64,000 nucleotides of DNA from an uncultured Chloroflexia bacterium (GTDB lineage: Bacteria > Chloroflexota > Limnocylindria > Limnocylindrales > CSP1-4), in contig OY970218.1 of the NCBI GenBank assembly GCA_963713975.1, positions 2,176,001-2,240,000 of the forward strand. The letters run 5' to 3'. Shown here piece after piece: positions 9,499 to 19,180 of this stretch. The position numbers and the translations under genes are program-made. How positions within the stretch are numbered: the first letter of the stretch is position 1; the number at the start of each line of letters is the position of its first letter. The notes under the pieces were generated by a model. The model did no database searches. It was not told the DNA's origin and saw nothing but the letters and a program-made list of their open reading frames with translations.

Positions 9499-11517
9499 GT
9501 GACCCGCTTCCAGAAGATCGCCGTCGTGACCGTGGTCGCGACGATCCTGCTCGTCACCGTGGGCGTCATCGTTCGGGCCACGGGATCCGGCATGGGTTGC
9601 CCGGACTGGCCGCTGTGCTACGGCCAGATCGTGCCGCCGCTCGACGACTACAAGGCGTGGTGGGAGTGGATCCACCGGACCATCGCCGCCGTCATCGGCT
9701 TCCTGATCCTGGGCGTCGCGTTCCTCGCGTGGAAGGATCACCGTGACCGCAGGTCGATCCTGTGGCCCAGCATCGCGGCCGTCCTGCTGGTCGTGTTCCA
9801 GGCGTGGCTTGGGCGCGAGACCGTGCGCATGAACAACTCGGGCGAGTCGGTGACTGCCCACCTGGCGGCCGCGATGTCCCTGCTTGGCCTGCTCGTGTAC
9901 GTGACCGTTCGCGCCTTCTATCCCGCGCGCCTTCCGGCTCGCGGCAGCTCTCAGCGCTTCACCTTGCTCGCCGTCCTGACGGCTGCCGCAATGTTCGTCC
10001 TGCTCCTGTTCGGATCCAACGTCACGGCCCAGGACGCCGGGCTCGTGTTCCCTGACTGGCCGCTGATGAATGGCACCCTGTTCCCGATCCAGCAGGGCAT
10101 GGACCAGCAGGTGCGGGGCCTGTACGAGGCGCATGTTCTCCACCGCTACGTGGCGGGCGTGGTGCTGGTGCTGGTCTGGATCACCACGGCCGCTGCATGG
10201 CGGACGCAGCGGTCGAGGCCGGCGGCCGTCCGGCTCGCCGTCGCCATGGGCGTCATCTACACGATCCAGGTGCTCATGGGCGGGCTGCAGGTGTTCACCC
10301 GGCTGGCCGACTGGACGCAGACGCTCCACGTCGCCCTGAGCGCCATAGTGTGGGGGCTCGCGGTCGCCCTGGCGGCCACTGCCTACTACGAGGCGCGCAC
10401 CATGGCGCCGGCGCCAGGTGAGCCGGATGCGGATGCGGCCGAACCGGTTGCGGACCCGCTGCCTGGCAGCGACCCGGGTCCCGGCGCCGTGGCCGTCCCC
10501 GTCGCTGCCTCAGCGGTCGACGAGGCGATGATCCCGTACGTCGCCCTGTTCCCGGGGACGCCACCCAGCGTGGTGTCGCCCGCTTCCGACACCGCGGCCA
10601 CGGGGGGTCGCGGAGCCCGGGTCAAGGCCTACATCGCCCTGACCAAGCCCCGGATCATCGAGCTGTTGCTCATCACCACGATCCCGGCGATGGTCCTGGC
10701 CACCCGGGACGTCCCCGGCATGAACCTGCCCGAGTGGCTGCGGCTGGCCTTCTGGACGCTCGTCGCCGGCACCATGGCCGCGGGCTCGGCCAACGCCATC
10801 AACCAGTACCTGGATCGCGACATCGACCTGCTGATGACGCGGACCCGACGCCGCCCATTGCCGGCCCACGACGTGACGCCCGAGAACGCGCTCGTGTTCG
10901 GGATCGTGCTGGGGATCATCTCGATCGCTCTCATGGCCTTCTTCGTGAACCTCATCTCGGCTTTCCTGACCCTGCTTGCCATCGCCTTCTACGTGGTCGT
11001 CTACACGGTCATGCTCAAGCGCACGACGCCCTCGAACATCGTCATCGGCGGCGCCGCTGGCGCGCTGCCGCCGGTCATCGGCTGGGCCGCGGTCACGGGC
11101 AGGGTCGAGATCCCGGCGCTGTTCCTGTTCGCGATCGTCTTCTACTGGACGCCGCCCCACTTCTGGGCGCTCGCGCTGCGGATCCGCAAGGACTACGAGG
11201 CGGCAAGCGTGCCGATGCTGCCGGTCGTCAAGGGGGTGCCGGAGACGGCCCGGCAGATCGGGCTGTATACGATCCTGCTGGTGGCCATCACCCTCATCTT
11301 CTGGCCGGTGGCCGCGATGGGGCCGCTATATCTGATCTCGGCGGTCGTCCTCGGCGGCATCTTCCTGTGGCGGGCCTACGTCCTCTGGCGGCAGGCGACC
11401 TCGCCGGAGGGCTCGCTCGCACAGGCGATCCGCCTGTACAGGTTCTCGATCAGCTACCTCACGCTGCTGTTCGTGGCCGTTGCGGTCGACGCGCTGCTGG
11501 TGGGCCCGATGGCCTGA
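9499..11517 (+). CDS. ctaB: Fused heme A synthase (CtaA/COX15) and heme O synthase (CtaB/CyoE)
   Basis: N-half GMGCPDWPLC, EWIHR, HR motifs; C-half LTKPRII, DRDIDLLMTRTRRRPLP, WTPPHFW. Confidence 0.9.
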   Translation: MTRFQKIAVVTVVATILLVTVGVIVRATGSGMGCPDWPLCYGQIVPPLDDYKAWWEWIHRTIAAVIGFLILGVAFLAWKDHRDRRSILWPSIAAVLLVVFQAWLGRETVRMNNSGESVTAHLAAAMSLLGLLVYVTVRAFYPARLPARGSSQRFTLLAVLTAAAMFVLLLFGSNVTAQDAGLVFPDWPLMNGTLFPIQQGMDQQVRGLYEAHVLHRYVAGVVLVLVWITTAAAWRTQRSRPAAVRLAVAMGVIYTIQVLMGGLQVFTRLADWTQTLHVALSAIVWGLAVALAATAYYEARTMAPAPGEPDADAAEPVADPLPGSDPGPGAVAVPVAASAVDEAMIPYVALFPGTPPSVVSPASDTAATGGRGARVKAYIALTKPRIIELLLITTIPAMVLATRDVPGMNLPEWLRLAFWTLVAGTMAAGSANAINQYLDRDIDLLMTRTRRRPLPAHDVTPENALVFGIVLGIISIALMAFFVNLISAFLTLLAIAFYVVVYTVMLKRTTPSNIVIGGAAGALPPVIGWAAVTGRVEIPALFLFAIVFYWTPPHFWALALRIRKDYEAASVPMLPVVKGVPETARQIGLYTILLVAITLIFWPVAAMGPLYLISAVVLGGIFLWRAYVLWRQATSPEGSLAQAIRLYRFSISYLTLLFVAVAVDALLVGPMA

Positions 11518-11552
11518 CGAAATCGCCAGGGGCGCGGGCGGCCCTCGGTCCC

Positions 11553-12227
11553 TCAGTCCCCGATGTCACCGCGCGCTTCGAGCACCGCACGCCGGCGACG
11601 TGAGACGCGCCCCTCGCGGTCGAACAGCCTCAGCGCCCCCTGCACCAGCGGGCCGATCCCCAGCGCGAACACCACGGTGCCCAGGCCGATCGTCCCGCCG
11701 GCGAGAAACCCCAGGGCCAGGACGCTCAGCTCGATGCCGGTCCGTGCGTTGCGGATCGACCAGCCGAAGCGCAGGTGCAGGCCGGTCATCAGCCCGTCGC
11801 GCGGGCCCGGCCCGAGATCGGACGCGAGATACAGGCCGCTTCCGATCGCGATCGTGACGACGCCGGCCAGCATCATCGCCAGCTGCTGCGGAAGCTCCGC
11901 GGCCGCTGGGATGATGCCCAGGGCCACGTTGGTGGAGGTGCCGATCAGGGCGATGTTGAGGATCGTGCCGATGCCGGGCCGCTCGCCAAGCGGCCACCAC
12001 GCCGCCAGGATGGGGATCCCCAGGAGAATGCTCACCGTGCCCAGTGGCAGCCCGGTCAGCCGGCTGATGCCCTGGTGGAAGACCTCCCAGGGCCCGAGGC
12101 CCATGCCGGCCTGGGCCATCGCGGCGATGCCCACCCCAAACATCACGAGTCCCACGAGGAGGCCCGGAAGCCGCGGTAGCACGACGGAGAGGGACCAGCG
12201 GGAGTCGGGTTCGGACACCCTGCGCAT
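11553..12227 (-). CDS. YczE/YitT family membrane protein
   Basis: GLGPWEVFHQG, GPGPRDGLMTG, GGTIGLGTV motifs. Confidence 0.85.
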   Translation of the reverse strand: MRRVSEPDSRWSLSVVLPRLPGLLVGLVMFGVGIAAMAQAGMGLGPWEVFHQGISRLTGLPLGTVSILLGIPILAAWWPLGERPGIGTILNIALIGTSTNVALGIIPAAAELPQQLAMMLAGVVTIAIGSGLYLASDLGPGPRDGLMTGLHLRFGWSIRNARTGIELSVLALGFLAGGTIGLGTVVFALGIGPLVQGALRLFDREGRVSRRRRAVLEARGDIGD

Positions 12228-12268
12228 GGTACCGGTGCACGGGGTGCGCCACGGGCGGCCCCCGGCGA

Positions 12269-13921
12269 TCAGTCCGGTGGTGCGGCGCGTGCGATCTCGG
12301 CGAGCAGGGCGTCGGCTGTCGGTGGGTGGCCAAGCATGTGCTCGACCGCATCTCCGGCGGATCGCTCCCGCCCGAACCGCAGGATCCGGCCCCGCAGCCA
12401 CGCGTACCAGCCCGGATCGCCGCCGGCCCAGTCACCGCGCGCAGCATGGATGGCGGCCCGCATCGCCGCCGCCAGCACGGCCCCAATCGCGTAGTTGGCC
12501 ATGTAGCCGGGCTCCTGCACCAGCTGGCCACGGATCGCCCACCACGACCACTCGGGATGCGGGGCCATCCCCAGGCACGTGGACGTGAGATCGGTCCAGA
12601 CCTCGTTCGGCCGGCGGTCCGGGTCCTCGAGCATCCGGATCTCGAACATCGTCCAGGCCGCGTCCATGGCGACGCCGGCGTAGTGGCTGCGGGCGGCCGC
12701 AGCCGCTGGAACCTCGGAATGCCCCGGCAGCCAGCGTCGAAGCCACGCGGGATCTGCCACGTTGAAGGCGACGATGTCGGCCAATGCCTCCGTGAGCGCG
12801 TCGGCGTCCGGCCAGTCCGCGAAGGCGGGGCGGGTCCGGATGGCGGCGATGTGGATCGCGTGCCCGGTCTCGTGGATGAGCTCGGCAAGCTCACCCAGCC
12901 CACCGTCGACATAGGTGGCCATGACGGTGGGCCGACCCGGTGACCAGCTGCCGTCCGAGCGACGGTGCGGCCGGCCGCCGAACGTCGTGAAGGCCACCGG
13001 GACTGGGGGCCGTCCGGGCCGGGGCGTGATGTCGAAGCGAACTCCCAGCTCGTCGAGGTCGGCGCCCAGGGAGGCGTACACGGCGCGGTTGACCGCCAGG
13101 ATGTCCGCCAGCGGTAGCGGTCCGACGGCCCTCTGGACCTCGCCGGCGAGCCACCACCAGTCCCAGGGCTCGAGCGCCGGTTCGCCGGCGGCACGAGCCG
13201 GCTCGACGACCGCGATCCGCCACGCCTCCAGCACGCCCTGCGCCCACGCCGCGATGTCGCCAGTGGTCACGCCGAGGGCGTTGGCGTTGGCGTCCAGCCG
13301 CGAGCGCCCTCCACGAGCCTCCTCCGCTGCCCCGCGGACCAGTGCCCGATAGGGGGAGCGGCCCGCGTCGTCCCCGTTGACGACGACCCACAGCGGCTCC
13401 AGGGCCAGGAACAGGTCCCTCCGCAGCCTCGGATCCGGCTCCGAGCCCAGCCGGGCGAGCACCTGCGGTCGCGACAGCCGTTCTTCGCCCGCCTCGAGCG
13501 TTTCTGCGGTCGCCCCGTAGCAGGCTTCCAGGTGCCGGTGGAGCGGCTCGCCGCCATCGGCGATCAGCCGCTGCCACTCGCGATCGTCCTGACACGCGCC
13601 CGCCGCTGCCTCCGGGGGGATCGGGAGGCTGTAGCCGTCGGCCTCGGCCATGCCATCGCGCATGCGGCTCAAGGCGCGCTGATCCTCGGCGGCCAGGCGG
13701 GCGTCCGCGGCCATGGCGCCGGCGTCGTCGCCGGCATCGGGATCGACGTCGAACGTGGCAAGACCGGCGTGCACGGCACCCGATGTCGCCTTCGCCCGAG
13801 CCTCCAGCTCGGCGGTAGCGGCCGGTTCGCCGGTCGCGCGGGCGACGTCGAGCCGGTCGCGCGCGTCTCGGGCCGCGAGGTAGGCGGCCTCGAGGTCGGC
13901 GAGGCGGTCGGCGGGAGTCAC
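12269..13921 (-). CDS. Zincin metallopeptidase, M3/M2-like
   Basis: LIHETGHAIH HEXXH motif, downstream EALA glutamate, GYMANYAIG. Confidence 0.75.
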   Translation of the reverse strand: MTPADRLADLEAAYLAARDARDRLDVARATGEPAATAELEARAKATSGAVHAGLATFDVDPDAGDDAGAMAADARLAAEDQRALSRMRDGMAEADGYSLPIPPEAAAGACQDDREWQRLIADGGEPLHRHLEACYGATAETLEAGEERLSRPQVLARLGSEPDPRLRRDLFLALEPLWVVVNGDDAGRSPYRALVRGAAEEARGGRSRLDANANALGVTTGDIAAWAQGVLEAWRIAVVEPARAAGEPALEPWDWWWLAGEVQRAVGPLPLADILAVNRAVYASLGADLDELGVRFDITPRPGRPPVPVAFTTFGGRPHRRSDGSWSPGRPTVMATYVDGGLGELAELIHETGHAIHIAAIRTRPAFADWPDADALTEALADIVAFNVADPAWLRRWLPGHSEVPAAAAARSHYAGVAMDAAWTMFEIRMLEDPDRRPNEVWTDLTSTCLGMAPHPEWSWWAIRGQLVQEPGYMANYAIGAVLAAAMRAAIHAARGDWAGGDPGWYAWLRGRILRFGRERSAGDAVEHMLGHPPTADALLAEIARAAPPD

Positions 13922-13977
13922 CGGCTCATCGTCGCACGCACCCGACTCCGGATCGGCCCGTGTGTCACGATCCGCGC

Positions 13978-15534
13978 ATGGAACTCTCATTTCTCGGCGG
14001 GGCGCGAACGGTCACCGGATCCCGACACCTGGTGGACACGGGCCACGCCCGGGTCCTGGTGGACTGCGGCATGTTCCAGGGCGGCCCCGACGAGACCGTC
14101 CGCAACCGGGTGCCCCTGGGCCTGGACCCGCGCACGCTCGATGCCGTGGTCCTCACCCACGCCCACCTCGATCACTGCGGGCTGCTGCCGGTGCTCGTCC
14201 GCGAGGGCTTCCGGGGCTCGATCGTGTGCACGGCCGCCACGGCAGAGCTGGCCCGGCTGGTGCTGTTGGATTCCGCTCGACTCCAGGAGGAGTTCGCGAA
14301 GCGCGCCGCCAGGCGCGAGCGTCGTGACCCGGGTCGTGCCGCTGAGCTCGAGGCCCGCGACGAGCACGCATTCGAGGAGGTCGTGGAGCTGGCGGCGGAG
14401 GGTGCGGCCAGCCCAGGCGGGCCCGACCCGGAGGACCTGCTGCGGGCGGCCGGCCCCGAGGTGGAGCTCGACTTTGGCGACCCGCTGTACACGGAGGACG
14501 ACGCAGGGGCGACGCTGCCCCTGATCCGCCCGATCCCGTACGGCGCCGAGCACGAGGTGGCCCAGGGGATCCACGTCACCCTGGTGGACGCCGGCCACAT
14601 CCTGGGCTCGTCCATCGTCCGTATGCGCCTGTCGCGGCCGGGCGGGGGACGGGACACGGTCGTCGTCTTCTCGGGCGACCTGGGGCGACCCGGGACGCCC
14701 ATCCTGCGCGATCCGACGACCATGACCGAGGCCGATGTCGTGGTCTGCGAGTCCACCTACGGGGGGCGCGAGCACGAGGCAGCCGAAGTCGCCATCGACA
14801 AGCTCGCCGATGTGGTCAACGAGACGGCCCGCAAGCGGGGTGTCCTGCTCATCCCGTCGTTCGCCATCGGACGGACGCAGGAGATCGTGTGGGAGCTCGG
14901 CCGGCTCCTGGCGGCGGAGCGGATCCCGCATCTGCCGCTCTATCTCGACTCGCCGATGGCGAAGGCCGCCTCCGACATCTACCGGGCTCATCCCGAGGCG
15001 TACGACGAGGAGACCGCGACCCTGCTGCGGGAGCACGACGCGCCACTCGACTACCCGGGACAGCACGTGATCCAGAACTACCACGAGTCGGAGCGGATCG
15101 AGCGCGCCCAGCCGCCCTACATGATCGTCGCGTCCAACGGGATGCTCACCGGCGGCCGATCCGTGGGCCACGCGGAGAACATGCTCGACGACCCGAAGGC
15201 GACGGTCCTGTTCGTGGGCTACCAGGGCGAGGGCACGCTCGGAGGGCACCTGATGCGGGGCGCCGAACGGGCCCGGATCAACGGCCGGGACATGCCGGTT
15301 CGGGCCACGATCCGGTCGCTCGACGGGTTCTCGGCCCACGCTGATGAGCCGGAGCTGCTGGCCTGGCTCGGCGGGTTCATCCGCGGCCGCAAGGCGGGGG
15401 ACCCGGGCGTGCCGGCACGCGTATACCTGGTCCATGGCGATCCGCCCGCACAGGCCGCGATTGCGCCCAAGGTGGCGGAGCTGGGGCTGCCCGTGGAGGT
15501 GCCGGCCTGGCACCAGACGGTGTCGCTGGACTGA
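13978..15534 (+). CDS. MBL-fold beta-CASP ribonuclease
   Basis: THAHLDHCG, AGHILGS, SGDLG, ESTYG, FSAHAD, VHG motifs. Confidence 0.9.
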   Translation: MELSFLGGARTVTGSRHLVDTGHARVLVDCGMFQGGPDETVRNRVPLGLDPRTLDAVVLTHAHLDHCGLLPVLVREGFRGSIVCTAATAELARLVLLDSARLQEEFAKRAARRERRDPGRAAELEARDEHAFEEVVELAAEGAASPGGPDPEDLLRAAGPEVELDFGDPLYTEDDAGATLPLIRPIPYGAEHEVAQGIHVTLVDAGHILGSSIVRMRLSRPGGGRDTVVVFSGDLGRPGTPILRDPTTMTEADVVVCESTYGGREHEAAEVAIDKLADVVNETARKRGVLLIPSFAIGRTQEIVWELGRLLAAERIPHLPLYLDSPMAKAASDIYRAHPEAYDEETATLLREHDAPLDYPGQHVIQNYHESERIERAQPPYMIVASNGMLTGGRSVGHAENMLDDPKATVLFVGYQGEGTLGGHLMRGAERARINGRDMPVRATIRSLDGFSAHADEPELLAWLGGFIRGRKAGDPGVPARVYLVHGDPPAQAAIAPKVAELGLPVEVPAWHQTVSLD

Positions 15535-15627
15535 CATTCGGGCCCGCGGCACTGCGCTGGCGGCACTCTCCGTGCGTGACCCGGCCGTCCTCCGCTACGA
15601 TCCCCGGAGCCCGCAGGAGATCCGCAG

Positions 15628-16911
15628 TTGGCCCTCGACGTCCCCGCCGTTCCAGGCGTCCCCGCGACGCCCCGCACGCCGGCCCCCATCGCGCCCGAGG
15701 AGATCGCGCGGATTCGCGCGCCGTTCCGCCAGGCGACGCTGCTGCCCGCCCGTGCGTACCACGACCAGGCGGTCTACGACTGGGAGATCGACGAGATCTT
15801 CCTCCGAGACTGGATCGCGGTGGCCCGCGCCGAGGAGGTTGCCGAACCGACCTCGTTCATCCTGCGCGACGTGTTCGGTGAGAACGTGATCATCGTGCGC
15901 GGCCGGGACGGGGTGGTCCGTGCCTTCTACAACGTGTGCCGCCACCGGGGGACCGCGGTGGAGGAACGGGAGTGCGGCACGGCCGTCCGCTTCCAGTGTC
16001 CCTACCACGCCTGGATCTACGACCTCGAGGGCAGGCTCGTCCGGGCCAAGCACACCGAGGACCTCGAGGACTTCAGCCTCGAGACCTTCGGCCTCACCCC
16101 GATCCGCGTCGAGACCTGGCAGGGCTTCGTCTTCCTGTGCTTCGCCGACGAGGCCGTGACCCCGCCACTGCACGACTACCTGGGAGACTGGTTCGAGCAC
16201 CACGAGGGCTTCGGGCGCGACATGAGCACGCTGCGGCGGGCCGCGCGGATGACGTACGACGTCGCCGCCAACTGGAAGATCGTGGCCGAGAACTACAGCG
16301 AGTGCTACCACTGCCCGCCGGTCCACAAGATGCTCAACCGGCTCACGCCCTACGACCTGGGTGAGGACTTCCTTGCCGAAGGGCCGTGGAAGGGCGGCTG
16401 GATGCCCTTCGCCGAGGGCTGCGAGACGATGTCGATCAGCGGGACCCGCGATGGCCGACCGCTCCTCTACGCCCGCGACGAGGCAGAGGCGCGACGGATC
16501 TACTACTACATCCTGTGGCCGAACCTGATCGTCTCGGTCCACCCGGACTACGTGCTCACGCACCAGGCGTGGCCGGACGGTCCCAACCGCACCACCGTCC
16601 ACTGCGACCTCTACGTCGAGGCCGACAAGGTCGACACCATCGAGATCTCGGGCGTCGTCGAGTTCTGGGACACCACCAACCGCGAGGACTACCACGTGGT
16701 GGCGATGCAGCAGCAGGGCACCCGGAGCCGCTCCTGGACCGCCGGCCGCTACTCCAACCAGGAGGCCTCGGTCCACGCGTTCGACATCATGGTCGCGGAC
16801 CGCTACGCGAACGACGGCACCCGCACCGTCCGTGGCTGGCGCACCGAGACGGCCAGCGACCGGCGACTGGTGACGAGGATCCTCGGGCCGGGACAGCAGC
16901 AGGAGGACTGA
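15628..16911 (+). CDS. Rieske non-heme iron oxygenase alpha subunit (GbcA/choline monooxygenase-like)
   Basis: CRHRG..CPYHAW Rieske motif; ENYSECYHCPPVH mononuclear Fe site. Confidence 0.9.
   Translation: MALDVPAVPGVPATPRTPAPIAPEEIARIRAPFRQATLLPARAYHDQAVYDWEIDEIFLRDWIAVARAEEVAEPTSFILRDVFGENVIIVRGRDGVVRAFYNVCRHRGTAVEERECGTAVRFQCPYHAWIYDLEGRLVRAKHTEDLEDFSLETFGLTPIRVETWQGFVFLCFADEAVTPPLHDYLGDWFEHHEGFGRDMSTLRRAARMTYDVAANWKIVAENYSECYHCPPVHKMLNRLTPYDLGEDFLAEGPWKGGWMPFAEGCETMSISGTRDGRPLLYARDEAEARRIYYYILWPNLIVSVHPDYVLTHQAWPDGPNRTTVHCDLYVEADKVDTIEISGVVEFWDTTNREDYHVVAMQQQGTRSRSWTAGRYSNQEASVHAFDIMVADRYANDGTRTVRGWRTETASDRRLVTRILGPGQQQED
15876..16169 (+). repeat. 294-bp direct repeat, copy 1 (copy 2 at 19378-19671)
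   Basis: Identical by eye from cggtgagaacgtgatc to gaccccgccact, offset 3502 bp. Confidence 0.9.
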
Positions 16912-16997
16912 CCCGGCGCGGCGGCGTCGGCTGCCCGGCCGTGGGAAGATGGGCAGGCCAGGCGTGGACGACGCCGGGTTCTGGGAGGCAAACGGGA

Positions 16998-17315
16998 ATG
17001 AAGCTGCTGGTGGCGTTCGTACAGGAGAGCGACGCGGACGGCGTTTCGGACGCCCTGCGCAACGAGGGCTACCGGTTTACGCGGATCGCCTCCATGGGCG
17101 GGTTCCTGGACACGGCCAACGTGACGCTGATCATGGCCCTCAGCGACGAATCGGTCCCGGCCGTGGTGGACGTGTACAGGGCCAACTGCTCGGGCCGCGA
17201 GGTGGACGTGCCGCTCGTCCTGGAGGGCCGGCTTCGTGACTGGCGGGAGCAGGTCGTGAGCTACAGCGGGGCGACCATCCTGGTCTCGGAGCTCCAGGAC
17301 CTGATCCGCCTGTAG
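16998..17315 (+). CDS. Cyclic-di-AMP receptor, PII-like (DarA/PstA/YaaQ family)
   Basis: MKLLVAFVQESD..TRIASMGGFL..NVTL..GATI signature. Confidence 0.8.
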   Translation: MKLLVAFVQESDADGVSDALRNEGYRFTRIASMGGFLDTANVTLIMALSDESVPAVVDVYRANCSGREVDVPLVLEGRLRDWREQVVSYSGATILVSELQDLIRL

Positions 17316-17338
17316 CGGGCCGGGTTCGAGCGGCGGGA

Positions 17339-17386
17339 CCGCGGCCGAAGCGCGCGCCGCCGCCGCGGCCGAGGCGCGCGCCGCCG
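17339..17386. repeat. Tandem 24-bp GC-rich repeat x2 between convergent genes
   Basis: ccgcggccga(a/g)gcgcgcgccgccg occurs twice. Confidence 0.6.
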
Positions 17387-17393
17387 GGGCCGC

Positions 17394-19100
17394 TCACTCC
17401 GTCGGCGGCTCGCGATCCGCGCTCAGGACGGCCTCGACCGAGTCGTGCGCTCGGGCTGCCGCGATCGGGTGGCCGGTCACCGCGGCAAGGAAGGCTTCGC
17501 GGCCTAGCACCAGGAGCGTCGTGGGCTCGTCCGTCGTCACGCTTGCAGTCCGGGGCACATCCCGGAGCAGGGCGATCTCGCCGAAGCTGGCGCCGGGTGC
17601 CGCCAGGGTCCGGATCACGGTACCGCCCCGACTGACCGTGACCGAGCCGGACTCGAGGACGTAGAAGCAGTCGCCGGCGTCGCCCTCCCGGATGATCTGG
17701 GTGCCCGCCGGCATCGAAACCCATGTCGCGGCACGCCCGAGCGTCTCCATCGCCGGCGGGTCGAGTGCCTCGAACAGGCTGAGGTGGCGTAGCAGTGCGA
17801 TCTCCCGGCCCGGCACCATGGCCCGCCGGTCCAGGGCCCGCAGACCGGGCCATGCGAGCACGGCGATCACGGGTAGCAGCAACGCGAAGACGATGACCGA
17901 GCCGCCCACGCCCGTGATCCCGACGACGATGGGCACCAGGATCGCACCGCCGGCCAGTGCCGCCATCATCAGCCCCTCGAGAATCCCGAACACGCGGGCC
18001 AGGACCTCGTCGCGTACGCCGCGCTGGAGGATCGTGCGCCCGGCGACGTCCATGATGGTCAGGCCGACGCCACCGGCGATCAGCAGCAGCGGCGCCGCGA
18101 CCCCGGATCCCAGGATGCCCATGATCCCGAAGGCAAGGCCCCATGCGACGGCGCACGCGAGCAGGATCGGCGCAATCCGCCGGCGTCCCACGAGCATGAA
18201 GGCGGCTGCGCCACCGATGAGCCCGCCGGCACCAAGGGCTGCTGAGAGCAGGGCCGCACCCGACTCGCCGGTTCCGAACACATCGATCGCCAATGACACG
18301 AACAGGACGTCGGCGACGCCGATCAACAGCATCCGCGAGGCGAGGATCCATACCACCAGCCGGGCATCGGCATCGGCTTCCAGCGCACGGAAGCCGGCCA
18401 TCACCGCACGTCCGAGCGGATCGACGGTCCGTGTCACCCCGGCGGCGCCGACCGCAAGGCCATCGGCACCGGGTATTGCCACCCGTCCCCGGTCCGGGCG
18501 GAGGCCGATGATCAGCACGCCGCCGACGAGGGCGGCGACGGCCATGAGGGCAAGGACGGCGCCGGGCGTCGCGGTCGTCAGGATGGCGGCCGCCGCAAGC
18601 GGCCCCAGGAGCAGCCCTCCGGCCTCCGCGATGCTCGTGACCGCGTTGCCCGCCGTGAGCTCCTCCGGGGTCCGCGCGAGCGAGGGAAGCAGGGCGTTGT
18701 GGGAGGGTCGCACGAGCGTCAGGGACATCGAAGCCAGGACGGCCGCGAGGTACACGCCAACCGGTGTCCAGTCCAGCAGCATGCCGGTGGCGGTCAGGCC
18801 CGTGAGCACCGCAATGAGGAGGTAGGCGCCGCGCAGCACGCGTTCCCGCGGGTAGCGGTCGCCGAGGGTGGCCGCGAAGGGGGCGACGATCGCGGCCGGG
18901 ACAAGCTGGATGACCGCGACCACCCCGACCGAGGCCGGCCCGGTGGCCGCGTAGGCATAGATGAGGATGGCCACCCACGATCCGTACTCGACCGCATTGA
19001 AGGCCAGGAAGGCAAGCTCGACACGCCGGAGCCTCGGGTTGCGGGCGGCCTCGACCGCGACGCGTCCCGTCGTCCGTATCCGTGCACCGATGCCTGCCAT
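17394..19100 (-). CDS. MFS transporter fused to C-terminal cyclic-nucleotide-binding domain
   Basis: About 12 hydrophobic helices, then IIREGDAGDCFYVLESG..FGEIALL..PRTASV CNB motif. Confidence 0.88.
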   Translation of the reverse strand: MAGIGARIRTTGRVAVEAARNPRLRRVELAFLAFNAVEYGSWVAILIYAYAATGPASVGVVAVIQLVPAAIVAPFAATLGDRYPRERVLRGAYLLIAVLTGLTATGMLLDWTPVGVYLAAVLASMSLTLVRPSHNALLPSLARTPEELTAGNAVTSIAEAGGLLLGPLAAAAILTTATPGAVLALMAVAALVGGVLIIGLRPDRGRVAIPGADGLAVGAAGVTRTVDPLGRAVMAGFRALEADADARLVVWILASRMLLIGVADVLFVSLAIDVFGTGESGAALLSAALGAGGLIGGAAAFMLVGRRRIAPILLACAVAWGLAFGIMGILGSGVAAPLLLIAGGVGLTIMDVAGRTILQRGVRDEVLARVFGILEGLMMAALAGGAILVPIVVGITGVGGSVIVFALLLPVIAVLAWPGLRALDRRAMVPGREIALLRHLSLFEALDPPAMETLGRAATWVSMPAGTQIIREGDAGDCFYVLESGSVTVSRGGTVIRTLAAPGASFGEIALLRDVPRTASVTTDEPTTLLVLGREAFLAAVTGHPIAAARAHDSVEAVLSADREPPTE

Positions 19101-19180
19101 GGCGGCGTAGTGTGCCAGCCGCGACTCGCCGGGTGCACCAGCGTCTTGGCGAGTGGCCGCCGGATCGGCAGAATGCCCCG

